Source: Octopus vulgaris
Lineage: Eukaryota
Assembly (NCBI GenBank): GCA_951406725.2
Contig: OX597832.1
Span: 51,646,001-51,710,000, forward strand
Direction of reading: 5' to 3'
DNA: 64,000 nucleotides
Below, in pieces: positions 49,630 to 61,461 of the stretch (positions within the stretch are counted from its first letter, which is position 1; every line of letters begins with the position of its first letter). The notes beneath the pieces were generated by a model. It was not told where the DNA came from, did not search any database, and saw only the letters and a list, made by a program, of their open reading frames with translations. The translations under genes were made by a program, and so were the position numbers.

Positions 49630-50452
49630 CAATGAAGTGATGGACAATTTTGCATTTAAACAATTTCTAAAAGAGTACCGAGTAACACCTAATCTGAATA
49701 CACTGTCGGGAATGTCACCCACAGAATTGATGTGAGCTAGAAAGGTCAGACATGTTTTTGATAAGCTGATACCGAGTGAAAATAAAAAAAGGTGAACAAC
49801 AAAAATACTTCAAAATTCTTCAAGCTAGGCGACAAAGTTTCTTTTAAAGACTATAGATATAGTAAAGAAAACTGGAAGGCCGGTGTAATAATTAAACTAG
49901 TTGGAAGAATGATATTCTAGGTAAAAGGAAACAATTTCGAATACAAAAGACATATAAACCAGCTTAAAAAGATTCACAGAAAAAATAGTCATGAGAAATG
50001 AAATTCCCATGGAAGTATTGTGCAACACATTTGAGGTACCAACACCCAAACAATTTGAATCTACACATTCTAGCACCAGGAAACAGAAAAAAAAGGAAAC
50101 ACTGAAATTGAACCCTAAACGTAAGAAATATGAAAACATGGAGTGGGGTTCAATTCTCAAAAGGGGAGAAGACAGAGGAGACTGATTTTAAAAAGGGAAG
50201 ATGTTGTTGAAGGATTCTGACCACTGCTTGGGTGACTAAAAGGTGAACTGACTCATTGTTATAAATCAAAGAACTGTGAGTGATCGGCAGTTCGGGTTAA
50301 TAAGCAGATCACTATGAGCTGTTGATATAGAGCATTGAGTCTTGTGTAGTAGTTACAGTAGTGCACTGTGTATACATTTTCTTTCCCCTTGCTTTGTTAT
50401 ATTATATATTCTATATAAGGACATAAAAATTATGAGCCACATGCTTATCACA
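49630..50452 (+). mobile_element. Gypsy-type LTR retrotransposon 3' fragment: integrase C-terminus, PPT and LTR (50202 to about 50452)
   Basis: FLKEYRVTP...SG.SP.ELM...R..FD.L.P; PPT aaaaagggaaga followed by TGTTG; candidate end ...atcaCA. Confidence 0.65.
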
Positions 50453-50644
50453 GATTGATCTCTGCTGGCATGGATTGGTGGTGAGTCAAGATTCACATAC
50501 CAGTGACCAAACACAGTACCCAGCCACCCAGAATTCACTGACTAATACTTGCATTTACATGTACTGTGAAACTGCATAATTTTTATGTTTTGTACTTTCG
50601 CTCATCAACATGGAAGCAGTGAACAGAAAAAAAAAATGAAGGTA

Positions 50645-50809
50645 GTCGCAGGAGTGGCTGTGTGGTAAGTAGCTTGTTTACCAACCACATGGTTCCGGGT
50701 TCAGTTCCACTGCGTGGCACCTTGGGCAAGTGTCTTCTACTATAGCCTCGGGCTGACCAAAGCCTTGTGAGTGGATTTGGTAGACGGAAACTGAAAGAAG
50801 CCTGTCGTA

Positions 50810-50853
<44 letters not shown>

Positions 50854-51080
50854 TGTGTGTGTTAGTGTGTCTGTGTTTGTCCCCTTAGCATTGCTTGACA
50901 ACCGATGCTGGTGTGTTTATGTCCCCGTTACTTAGCGGTTCGGCAAAAGAGACCGATAGAATAAGTACTGGGCTTACAAAAGAATAAGTCCCGGGGTCGA
51001 GTTGCTCGATTAAAGGCGGTGCTCCAGCATGGCCGCAGTCAAATGACTGAAGCAAGTAAAAGAGTAAAGAGTAAAAGAGT
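50645..51080 (+). mobile_element. Family A SINE
   Basis: Full-length match. Confidence 0.9.
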
Positions 51081-51364
51081 AGTTGCTTCTAACAAATGAC
51101 ATAGGAATAGATAGAGATGATCAAGAAAATATGTGAGGGTGGAAGCTTTGCTGCTGGAGGCTGTGAGTTTGAGGTCCATGAATCTAGCATTTACAAAGTA
51201 TGTGGAGTGATTCATTTTTCATTCTTTTTAAAACCAAACTCTCATGATAAACAAGGATAGATGTATTACATTACTTCTGTTATGGTAACAAATGGTCGAC
51301 AGAGGAATCTAGGGAGACTCCTTGTAATTCTTCCCCTCCACTCCAACAAGAGAGGAATTAAATA

Positions 51365-51586
51365 TATTTCTTTATTGCCCACAAGGGGCTAAACATAGAG
51401 GGGACAGATAAAGGGATTAAGCTGATTATATTGACCCCAGTGCATAACTGGTACTTAATTTATCGACCCCGAAAGGATGAAAGGCAAAGTCGACCTCGGC
51501 GGAATTTGAACTCACAACGTAACAGCAGACAAAATACGGCTACGCATTTCGCCCGGCGTGCTAACGTTTCTGCCAGCTCGCCGCCT
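51365..51586 (-). mobile_element. Family B SINE
   Basis: Full head (ggcggcgagctggcagaa) plus Meta-like core. Confidence 0.85.
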
Positions 51587-51673
51587 TGGAATTAAATAAC
51601 AATGATGAATGATGTATAAACAAAATAAATATTCGATTCTAGATGATTCCATGCCATAAAGTATTCTCTTTAC

Positions 51674-51838
51674 CTGTGTCTTTAGTCATTCCTATTGTGG
51701 GGTCACTCATTACACTTAGTCCAGCCTTTGTCTTCACTTGTATACATACTGTATATTCTGTGCCTGTTGATAGGCCATTGATGACAACATCATTTTCAGC
51801 AGCTTTTATTCCAATCACTGGAAATTCTTTCTTCGTAC
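51674..51838 (-). CDS. Receptor exon; C-terminal half of membrane-proximal FN3 domain
   Basis: Acceptor cctttatag|GT, donor ACAG|gtaaag; 165 nt, phase 1 to 1. Translates GTKKEFPVIGIKAAENDVVINGLSTGTEYTVCIQVKTKAGLSVMSDPTIGMTKDT (FN3 I.GL..GTEY.V.I...T.AG.S..S signature). Confidence 0.92.
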
Positions 51839-52865
51839 CTATAAAGGATTTTTAAAAAGAGAAAAGGAAAGCATTTTACCATTTCTTTATATTTATTTTA
51901 CCAGTCACAGAATATCTTTATGAAAGACAGGAATACCACATCTTTTATTTCTATTTTTCTGCACCAAACATATGGTTTACAGAATGATATACAATGATGA
52001 TGATGACGATGGCCAGAACAGCAACAACAAAGTCAGTACCAACATGAAATTAGAATATGGAATTGGAATACAGGAGGAGTTTCTTTTAAAAATTACTTTA
52101 AGGAATAAAAAATACAAGAGTCCCATGGGCAGCTTTCAACATTTTCTATCCAAAGGGATTTTTTAACTTGATATTTATATGCTATCATTTATAGCTTTAT
52201 CTGCTTCAAGGTCCACTGTTCCAAAAACAGAATCATTTCATTTTCTCTTTAAGTTTACAAAGTCTTATGTCCTCAACAACATGCAGTTCCTGTTGGTAAG
52301 AATAAAGTTTCTAAGATGGGTAAAGAAATTTGAAAGAATGCTTTGGTCCAATGGTAGAACATCTTTCATGTTGACAGGAGATGTGGGTTCATGTCCCACA
52401 AGTAGAATTTGACCTTTTCTATCTAAAGGGTTTTTTAACCCAATATTTACAGGCTATTATTTATAAACCTTTTCTGGTTTGAGAGTTGCCTTTCCAAACA
52501 CACAAAAAAATATTTCTTGTTCTCTTGAAGTCAATAAGTTTTATATCACTGTCAACATTTCTTATTAATTTTGGAGTAAGTTTCGCCAATGAGTATTCAG
52601 TTATATCCATCAATTGAATGACTTAAACATTGAATAGTGTGCAAGTGGCGGAGTACTCCACAGACATATGTAATTTGAACTTAACTTTCAAGAAGAATCA
52701 GTGCTACCCAGTGCAACAGACCTGGACATTGAACTTCTACACAGTTTTTGTCAACCTTTGTGTATGTTTACATTGCTTTTGCAGCTAAAGATTTTACTAG
52801 CTCAAATCAGTGAAATTCTGCAGTTGAGAGGTGTGCCAGATATTGTTTTGATTGTTCCGTATGCA

Positions 52866-53285
52866 GGTGCAGGAGTGGCTGTGTGGTAAGTAGCTTGCTT
52901 ACCAACCACATGGTTCTGGGTTCAGTCCCACTGCGTGGCATCTTGGGCAAGTGTCTTCTGCTATAGCCCCGGGCTGACCAATGCCTTATGAGTAGATTTG
53001 GTAGACGGAAACTGAAAGAAGCCTGTCGTATATATGTATATATATGTGTATGTGTTGTGTGTATATGTTTGTGTGTCTGTGTTTGTCCCCCTAGCATAGC
53101 TTGACAACCGATGCTGGTGTGTTTACATCCCCGTCACTTAGCGGTTTGGCAAAAGAGACCGATAGAATAAGTACTGGGCTTACAAAGAATAAGTCCCGGG
53201 GTCGATTTGCTCGACTAAAGGCGGTGCTCCAGCATGGCCGCAGTCAAATGACTGAAACAAGTAAAAGAGTAGAAGAGTAAAGAGT
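52866..53285 (+). mobile_element. Family A SINE
   Basis: Full-length match. Confidence 0.9.
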
Positions 53286-53299
53286 ATGCATTCTATTTT

Positions 53300-53980
53300 G
53301 TCTGAGTTAACATGGAAATTGACATCTCTTCGGTTGAATGTTCAGAACTATGGAGAATGGTTTCTGCTTGGCTTTTTAGATCAGAGAATAGCACGAAAAC
53401 CATCAGCTTAATCTGCATTTATGATCCCTTTATAGCAGGAAATATAATCCTTCTTCATGGATTTAGTGTGAATCCATTGTCTTTAATGGTATCAAAAGAA
53501 CTTCTGAGAATGTAATTGAAGCAAATGATGAAGACAGTGTCTTGTAGCCCTCCTGCAACAATTTCAAAGAAATCTGTGTCACCATCTGGATCCTTACCTC
53601 AAAACTAGAAAGAAGAAGATTGGATGGAGCCTACACTTGCATACTAAGGATAGCTTTGAATGTCACTTGGAGAGGTCGTCTGACCAATGAGTGATTGTAT
53701 GGGAACCTTTGTCCAGTATCAGACATCATCAAAGAGTATTGAGTCAGATTTGCAGGGTATTGCTGGACAACTAAAGATGAAATTTTTAGTGAAGTTCTTT
53801 AGTGAGAGCCTATGCAATGAAGAGCTAACAGAGGATGACAAGTCAAGACCTATATCAAGCAGATTTGTTATGACAAAAACTGCAACCCCTCTGGCCTATT
53901 GATTGTGATGAACAATAGAACTGGATGGCAACAGAGTCATGGGAATCTATGCAAGGAATGCTAGTGGATGATGGTGATTG
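53300..53980. mobile_element. Old RTE LINE fragments (partly inverted)
   Basis: Minus-strand DGDTDFFEIVAG.LQ and DFRSKPSRN pieces; plus-strand LRIALNV.W and AG....DEI.S pieces resembling 28618-28985. Confidence 0.5.
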
Positions 53981-54194
53981 CCAACCTATTTTCACTTAAG
54001 AAGCTTAAATTGACCCAAAGCTATGGTAAAAATATTGCTTGTGAAAAACACTATACTTTGGAATCAAATCCAGTATGCCCCAAAATTGCAAAATGAATGT
54101 CTTAAGCATTTTCTAGTTGTACTGTGTCTAGTTGGAGTACAAGTATAAGAAATGGGTGAAAGCCACTTGATAATGCAGACTGAAGAGGGCTTAA

Positions 54195-54415
54195 CCCTTT
54201 AGTGCTTGCATTATTCTGCCAAAATTAATCCTTTTTTATCCAAATTGTTTTGAACTAATCATGCATTGTTTTATAGCTATGAGATTTTGATGAGGTAGCT
54301 GTTAATTTTTAAACCGATATTGTAGGGTTGGTGTAAGAGACCAGATCTGGCCAGTTTGAACATAAAACAGGCAGAATACTTTTGGCCAGATATGGCCGGT
54401 TTAAACACTAAAGGG
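54195..54415. mobile_element. piggyBac-like MITE
   Basis: TTAA|ccctttagtg...cactaaaggg|TTAA. Confidence 0.82.
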
Positions 54416-55259
54416 TTAAGCAATTTTTAATAAGAAAAAAAAAATGGAAAATTCAAAATGAAAGATTGATAAAAAATGGTACTAACATGAATCTGACAAA
54501 TATAGAAACACAGAATGTAGCATGCAGAGGGACAGAGTGCAACCTTCAAAATAATCTGTGAACTTCTAGAACTTGTATAATGTTATTGAATTATGATTCT
54601 AAGAGCATAATGTGAACAGCATCATTAATATATAAACAAACAAAATTCTTATTGAAAACAGCTTGTAAGAAAACCTAACTTCCTTTTTCATACAGCTGGT
54701 TGTATATTGATTGATAAGCTCTTTGTGGTCATATATAGTTTAAAATGTATATACAAATACTAACTGGTTTACAAACATCTGTCTTACTAAATTGCATCTC
54801 AGCAATTCTTAGATTTTGTAAGTTATGCTAACTCACAAGTCTTTTCATAGAAAATTTAATAACATGCCTAATTTTAGAGCTTATTCTTATAAACCACTTA
54901 CAATCACAACTCAAAAATGGTAAGAGTTCTCCTTGACTTCAGAAGTTTGCAATTAATTTCCTGTGCACTGAGTTTGTATTCGTTATATAATGGCATTTGT
55001 TTATTAAATAATAACGCTGGTACTAGTTACGTATTAAGTTAAACTTTTCCCTCAGCCTAATAGGAATAGCTGCCAAATCTCCCTCAGTTCAGATATTAAC
55101 ATTAAAAAAAAAAAAATACCCCAAAACAGGACATGTTTAATGATAAGGTCGTAGATATAATCTGTCCAAAAGAAAAATAGGTGACACTTAGGATAAATTT
55201 GGTTCTGATTTCTTAAAGTGGGTGGAATGCATGGAAGTGGGAGACCCAGGAAGGCAGGG

Positions 55260-55867
55260 GATGAAGCACTGAAGGATTATCTTGATGGCGATGATGATGA
55301 TGATGACTGTGTTGATGATGATGATGATGATGATGATGGTGTTGATATAGATATTGCTGCTGCAGATGATGATGTTGATGATGAAGATGGTGATGATTAT
55401 AATGACGATGACGATGATGAATATGATGATAGTGATAATGATGATGTGGATGGTGATGATGGATCGTGGTGTTGACAATGATGATGATGATGATGATGAT
55501 GATGAAGATGATGATGAAGATGATACAGATATTGCTGCTGTAGATGATGATGATTTTGTTGATGATGACAACGACGAAGATGATGAAGAAGATGAAGAAG
55601 ATGATGGTGGTGGTAATGATGATGGGGATGGTAATGGTGGATCATGTTGTTGATGATGATGATGATGGTGATGATGATGGTGATGATGATGGTGATGATG
55701 ATGATGATGTTGATGATGATGATGATGGCGATGATGATGATGATGATGATGAGAAAGTGGAGGAGAAGGAGCACAATGATAATATGAAAATATTAAAGAT
55801 AACGATAACGATGTATTTGTACCATCGTAACAGCCACTACAAACAACAACAACAACAACAACAACAA
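55260..55867. repeat. Degenerate (GAT)n region with ~180-bp higher-order duplication, then (CAA)n
   Basis: gatattgctgctg at about 55350 and 55528; gatggatcgtggtgttga / gtggatcatgttgttga at about 55458 and 55637. Confidence 0.85.
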
Positions 55868-55900
55868 ATGGAAAAGGACTCATCTAAAAAGAATACTCAC

Positions 55901-56041
55901 CATTTTCACAACTCTTACCCTCTGCATAATGCAGCACATAAGCAATGGGTATATCATTCCAGTCAGAACATTGCAGTGTAGGCCATGTAAGAGAAAACTT
56001 AGTTTCTGACCAACTGATACCAGGTGTCCGAGGTTTCTTGG
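55901..56041 (-). CDS. Receptor exon; N-terminal half of membrane-proximal FN3 domain
   Basis: Acceptor tgtttcag|CC, donor AATG|gtgagt; 141 nt, phase 1 to 1. Translates PKKPRTPGISWSETKFSLTWPTLQCSDWNDIPIAYVLHYAEGKSCEN (FN3 P..P, L.W, Y.L.Y pattern). Too short for the ORF track. Confidence 0.9.
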
Positions 56042-56065
56042 CTGAAACAGCATAAGATCTTTCTG

Positions 56066-56128
<63 letters not shown>

Positions 56129-56194
56129 TTGTAAGGATGGGCGAAAGTCTGGTGTGCTAACGATTCTACCAGTTCACTGCCTTTGATCTCAATA

Positions 56195-56414
56195 ATACTG
56201 TAAGCACAAGGCCCGAAATTTGTGGGGAAGTGGGGGGGGGGGCAGTCGATTAGATCGACCCCAGTATGCAACTGGTACTTAATTTATCGACCCCCGAGAG
56301 GATGAAAGGCAAAGTCGACCTTGGCAGAATTTGAACTCAGAACACAGCAACAGATGAAATATCGCTAAGCATTTCATCCAGCATGCTAACGTTTCTGCCT
56401 TAATAATAATAATA

Positions 56415-56447
<33 letters not shown>

Positions 56448-56450
56448 TTG

Positions 56451-56488
<38 letters not shown>

Positions 56489-56700
56489 TCTTTCTATGGG
56501 AAGCACAAGGCTTCAAATTTGGGGGAAAGGATTAAGTCGATTACATTGACACCAGTGGGTAATTGGTACTTATTTAATTGACCCCGAAAGGACGAAAGGC
56601 AAAGTTGACCCTGATGGAATTTGAACTCAGAATGTAGCAGTAGACGAAATATCACTAAGAATTTCACCCAGTATGCTAATGATTCTGCCTGCTCACTACC
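56195..56700 (-). mobile_element. Two family B-related SINEs separated by (AAT/GAT)n
   Basis: Meta-like core present twice. Confidence 0.8.
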
Positions 56701-56701
56701 C

Positions 56702-56747
<46 letters not shown>

Positions 56748-56749
56748 TT

Positions 56750-57760
56750 ATTGTTTTATTAGCCATAAGGGCTCACATACAAAACATTAAAGCAGGACGA
56801 TATAATGGGTTTTCCATGTGTACGCAATGTAATAACAATAAAAATACCTAATAGGGGAGGCACTTTAAGGTCCTCATGGAAAAACCCACGAAAGCCACAG
56901 TTGCCTGAACAACAGAGTAAGAGACCTTCTCCTTTAATTCCATTTTTTATAGGTGCACACTCAGAATTGGTCCTTCCAACATTCACCCTCCTTTAAGCAA
57001 ACTTGCTAGAAGGCAACACTTCCCTCTCCTGCCTCTTTTACTCTTTTACTTGTTTCAGTCATTTGACTGCGGCCATGCTGGAGCACTGCCTTTAGTCGAG
57101 CAACTCGACCCCGGGACTCATTCTTATTGTAAGCCCAGTTCTTATTCTATCGGTCTCTTTTGCCGAACCGCTAAGTAATGGGGACATAAACACACCAGCA
57201 TCGGTTGTCAAGCAATGCTAGGGGGACAAACACAGACACACAAACACGCACACGCATACATATATATACATATATATGACGGGCTTCTTTCAGTTTCCGT
57301 CTACCAAATCCACTCACAAGGCTTTGGTCGGCATGAGGCTATAGTAGAAGACACTTGCCCAAGGTGCCACGCAGTGGGACTGAACCCGGAACCATGTGGT
57401 TGGCAGACAAGCTACTTACCACACAGCCACTTCTGCGCCTTCCTTCTCTCAAATGAAACTTGAAAAAGTTGATGAGGGCTTGGCCAAAGAGGAAAGTGTC
57501 TGTCTTTAGCCCTTTCAAAAGGGTCCACCACACTACTTCTTTCACTACAGCCATTAGACAAATAAAAATTACCTGCCCCTCACGGCCAAAAGAAGGTGGC
57601 AGAGTAATCTTCACAATGGTTTCAGCTGATGGCCGGATCCGTGCCACACGCGACAGCAGGTGTTCGACATAAACCCACGGGTCAGCAATACTCAGGCACT
57701 GGACTAGGGCATGCACAACGGTTTCATCATTCTGGGTGCACAATGTCACAAACAATGACA
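56750..57760 (-). mobile_element. L1/Tx1-type LINE 3' fragment, interrupted by a family A SINE (57036-57439)
   Basis: C..N.ETVVHALVQC (CCHC knuckle) and .KEVVWW motifs of the ORF2 C-terminus. Confidence 0.7.
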
Positions 57761-57811
57761 CAAGACCAGCAATTTTGAGGGGGAGAGTGTAAGTTGATTA
57801 TATTGACACCA

Positions 57812-58220
57812 GGGCGATGAGCTGGCAGAACCGTTAGCACGCCGGGCGAAATGCTTAGCAGTATTTTGTCTGCCGTTTCATTCTGAGTTCAAATTCCGCC
57901 AAGGTCGACTTTGCCTTTCATCCTTTCGGGGTCGATAAATTGAGTACCAGTTACGCACTGGAGTCGATGTAATCGACTTAATCCCTTTGTCTGTCCCCTC
58001 TATGTTTAGCCCCTTGTGGGTAGTAAAGAAATAGGTATGTCGTCTACCGTTACGTTCTGAGCTCAAATCCCGCCAGGGTCAACTTTGCCTGTCATCCTTT
58101 CAGGGTCGATAAATTGAGTACCAGTTACGCACTGGGGTCGATGTAATCGACTTTAATCCCTTTGTCTGTCCTTGTTTGTCCCCTCTATGTTTAGCCCCTT
58201 GTGGGTAGTAAAGAAATATA
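57812..58220 (+). mobile_element. Family B SINE, two tandem units
   Basis: The second unit restarts at ggtatgtcgtct (about 58034). Confidence 0.85.
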
Positions 58221-58332
58221 TATTGACACCAGTGCTGAACTGGTATTTCTGTTCTTAACCTTGAGAAAATGAAAGTTAAAGTTAGTCTCGGTGGAATTTA
58301 AGTTTCTACTCATAAACAGCTTGAAGAGAACA

Positions 58333-58834
58333 TATGTGAGTGCGTGTGTCTCTGTACGTGAGTGTATGTATGCGTGCATGTGTGTGATTGAGTGTGTGTA
58401 TGCGGTTGTGAGCATGTGTGTGGCTGCATAGATGTGCATGTGTGTATTTGTGTTTTGTGTGTGTATGTGTGTTTTGTGTGTGTGTGTGTGTATGTGTGAC
58501 TGTACGTCAGTGTATGTATGCGTGCATGTGTGTAATTGCGAGCATGTAAGAAACTGCATGTGTGTGTATCTGTACGAGGTTGTGAGTATGTGTGTGTGTG
58601 GCTGCATATGTTTGCATGTGTGTGTGTGTGTGTGATATTGTGTGTATGTTGTGTGTGTGTGTGTGTGTGTGAAACTGTACATCAGTGTATGTATGCGTGC
58701 ATGTGTGTGTGTGTGTGTGTCATGTTGTGTGTATGTTGAGTGTGTGTATGTGACTGTACGTCAGTGTATGTATGCATGCATGTGTGTGTATCTGTATGAG
58801 GTTGTGAGTATGTGAGTGTGGCTGCATATGTTTG

Positions 58835-58875
<41 letters not shown>

Positions 58876-58895
58876 GTGTTGTGTATGTGTGTGTA
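58333..58895. repeat. Cryptic (TG)n region with internal duplications
   Basis: gactgtacgtcagtgtatgtatgc and gaggttgtgagtatg...ggctgcatatgtttgcatg each recur. Confidence 0.85.
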
Positions 58896-59194
58896 TTACA
58901 GCAGACTTACTGTTGTCAAGTACTGATAATTTGTATCTGGTTGCTGTCAAGTTGGACAGACTTGAAATGTGAACCAACCAAACTATTTTCTCTAATAAAA
59001 AAAAAATCTAACAATATCAGGTGGGGTGGCGGAATTTTATATATCCACAAGCAAAAAGCGAAAAGTAGGACAAAGAAAAAAGGAATAAAAAGCAGCAACC
59101 CCCTACCCCCCCACCCGTAAACAGTAGAGCGCCAATGTAAATATGCTGTGAACTGGGAATTCCCAATCAACAGGTCATGGAGCATGTTGTATGC

Positions 59195-59607
59195 TCTCTT
59201 TACTCTCTTTTACTCTTTTACTTGTTTCAGTCATTTGACTGCGGCCATGCTGGAGCACCGCCTTTTAGTCGAGCAAATCGACCCCGGGACTTTATTCTTT
59301 TTGTAAGCCCAGTACTTATTCTATCGGTCTCTTTTGCCGAACCGCTAAGTGACGGGGACGTAAACACACCAGCATTGGTTGTCAAGCAATGCTAGGGGGA
59401 CAAACACACACACACACGCATACACATATATATATACATATATACGACAGGCTTCTTTCAGTTTCCGTCTACCAAATCCACTCACAAGGCATTGGTCGGC
59501 CCGGGGCTATAGCAGAAGACACTTGCCCAAGATGCCATGCAGTGGGACTGAACCCGGGACCATGTGGTTGGTAAGCAAGCTACTTACCACACAGCCACTC
59601 CTGCGCC
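59195..59607 (-). mobile_element. Family A SINE
   Basis: Full-length match. Confidence 0.9.
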
Positions 59608-60465
59608 TATATTTATGCATATATTTATCTGTTTATCAGTGTGCGTGTGTATGTGTGTGTGTGTGTGTGTGTGTATGTGTGTGTGTGTGTGTATGCATCT
59701 ATCTAGCCAGCCAACCAACCAGCCAGCCAGCTCTCTCTCTCTCTCTCCCTCTCTATCTGTCTATCTATCTATCTTTCTCTCTATCTATCTGTGTATCAAT
59801 CTCTCTTGCACAATGCACCAACAACTTAGACTCAGGTAATATCTATCCACCTCAGTTTCTTCCATTCCATAGTTTCAGGAAAACAGGTGATGGATTGTGA
59901 CGTATATTTCCATTTAAACATGGCTAACCCCTAAGGGTGGATGCTACTGTAGTTTGTAGCCCCAGGAGGACACCTCCTCCAGCTGGCTATAGACACACTT
60001 TCTGTGCCCTATCAGCATTTGCAAAGGGAAGCCATCCTTCCCGTCTTCAACTTATGCTACACATGGACTCGAGTTTCTGGGTATTGACCCGTCACCGGCG
60101 CGTGATAATCACAGTTGTCAATGAAAAGTAGGTTCCCTACACAAATACTTATACCTTTTTCCAGTATCGTACTGACACTGATATCGAAAAAGTACTTTCT
60201 TACAATCATTTTTAAGAAAGTCATTTTATGGTTGAACAATTTCTCATCTACCAAGAACATATAATTTCACAAAAACCACCTGCAATACAGCAGCAGCAGC
60301 ATAACAGGAGATGTACACCATTCCAAGGTAAAAAACAATGACTTTGGTAAGCAGATGCTGAGGGCCACCACAAACTCTATCAGAGACTTCATATTACTTA
60401 TTCTGGGTATAAAACAATGGGACACATACTAGTGATAATAATAAATTGAGATAAATTAAATTTAC

Positions 60466-60616
60466 GTTTTCCAGGTGTAAATATACATTCAGCGTTCATT
60501 AAAGAACTGCTTCCATTTTCTGTGCTAACGTATGCAGCAAAAACAGGACTTTGTTCTGCTCTGTAATTTACCAACAGATAACTTTCATTCACAAGTGTTT
60601 TCCATTTGACATGGTC
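60466..60616 (-). CDS. Internal exon (most 5' found) of a Domeless/gp130-like type I cytokine receptor; C-terminal half of an FN3 domain
   Basis: Acceptor ttgcttctag|GAC, donor AAAC|gtaaat; 151 nt, phase 0 to 1. Translates DHVKWKTLVNESYLLVNYRAEQSPVFAAYVSTENGSSSLMNAECIFTPGK, resembling the FA(V/I)S..SSGM.W..C segment of invertebrate Domeless-type receptors. In phase with the next exon. Confidence 0.85.
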
Positions 60617-60667
60617 CTAGAAGCAATCAAGAAAAATTAATTGTATAAATATGTTTGAATAAATGTA

Positions 60668-61057
60668 TACTCTTTACTCTTTTACTTGTTTCAGTCATTT
60701 GACTGCGGCCATGCTGGAGCACCGCCTTTAGTCGAGCAAATCGACCCTGGGACTTATTCTTTGTAAGCCCAGTACTTATTCTATCGGTCTCTTTTGCCGA
60801 ACCGCAAAGTGACGGGGATGTAAACACACCAGCATCGGTTGTCAAGCAATGCTAGGGGGACAAACACACACACATACATATATATATACATATATACGAC
60901 GGGCTTCTTTCAGTTTTCGTCTACCAAATCCACTCACAAGGCATTGGTCGGCCCAAGGCTATAGTAGAAGACACTTGCCCAATGTGCCACACGGTGGGAC
61001 TGAACCTGGAACCATGTAGTTGGTAAGCAAGCTACTTACCACACAGCCACTCCTGCG
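60668..61057 (-). mobile_element. Family A SINE
   Basis: Full-length match; ends about 50 bp from the exon acceptor at 60617. Confidence 0.9.
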
Positions 61058-61461
61058 TATATATATATCTTCTTTTATTTTTATGGGCTGTAGATATGCT
61101 GGGGCACAGCTCTCAAAGAATCTTTTTTCTTTCTTTTTGGTGTTAATCATGAAGGTACAGGCATGGCTGTGTGATTCAGAATCTCACTTTACAACCATGT
61201 GGTTTTAGTTCAATCCCACTACACGGCACTTTGGGCAAGTGTCTTCTACTATAGACCTGAGCTGACCAACACCAGGTAAGTGAATATGGAAGATAGGTAT
61301 TGTCTGGAAACCCATCGTTCACACACACACACACACACACACACAACTCATTTGATATGAACACATCTGATGCTGCCCATTATTCTAACACAAACTTCCT
61401 GTTTTAGAATTATGTTAATTAAAACCTTCCATTAAAATTTCATATTAATCTATATTTCAAA

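Noticed and set aside
55188-55981. Poly-His/Asp/Met ORFs suggesting an acidic biomineralisation or metal-binding protein
   Set aside because: Degenerate GAT repeat inside a receptor intron; frames are broken and no splice structure supports them.
60057-60260. ORF as an extra receptor exon
   Set aside because: Weak splice sites and no FN3 pattern; the flanking exons join cleanly without it.
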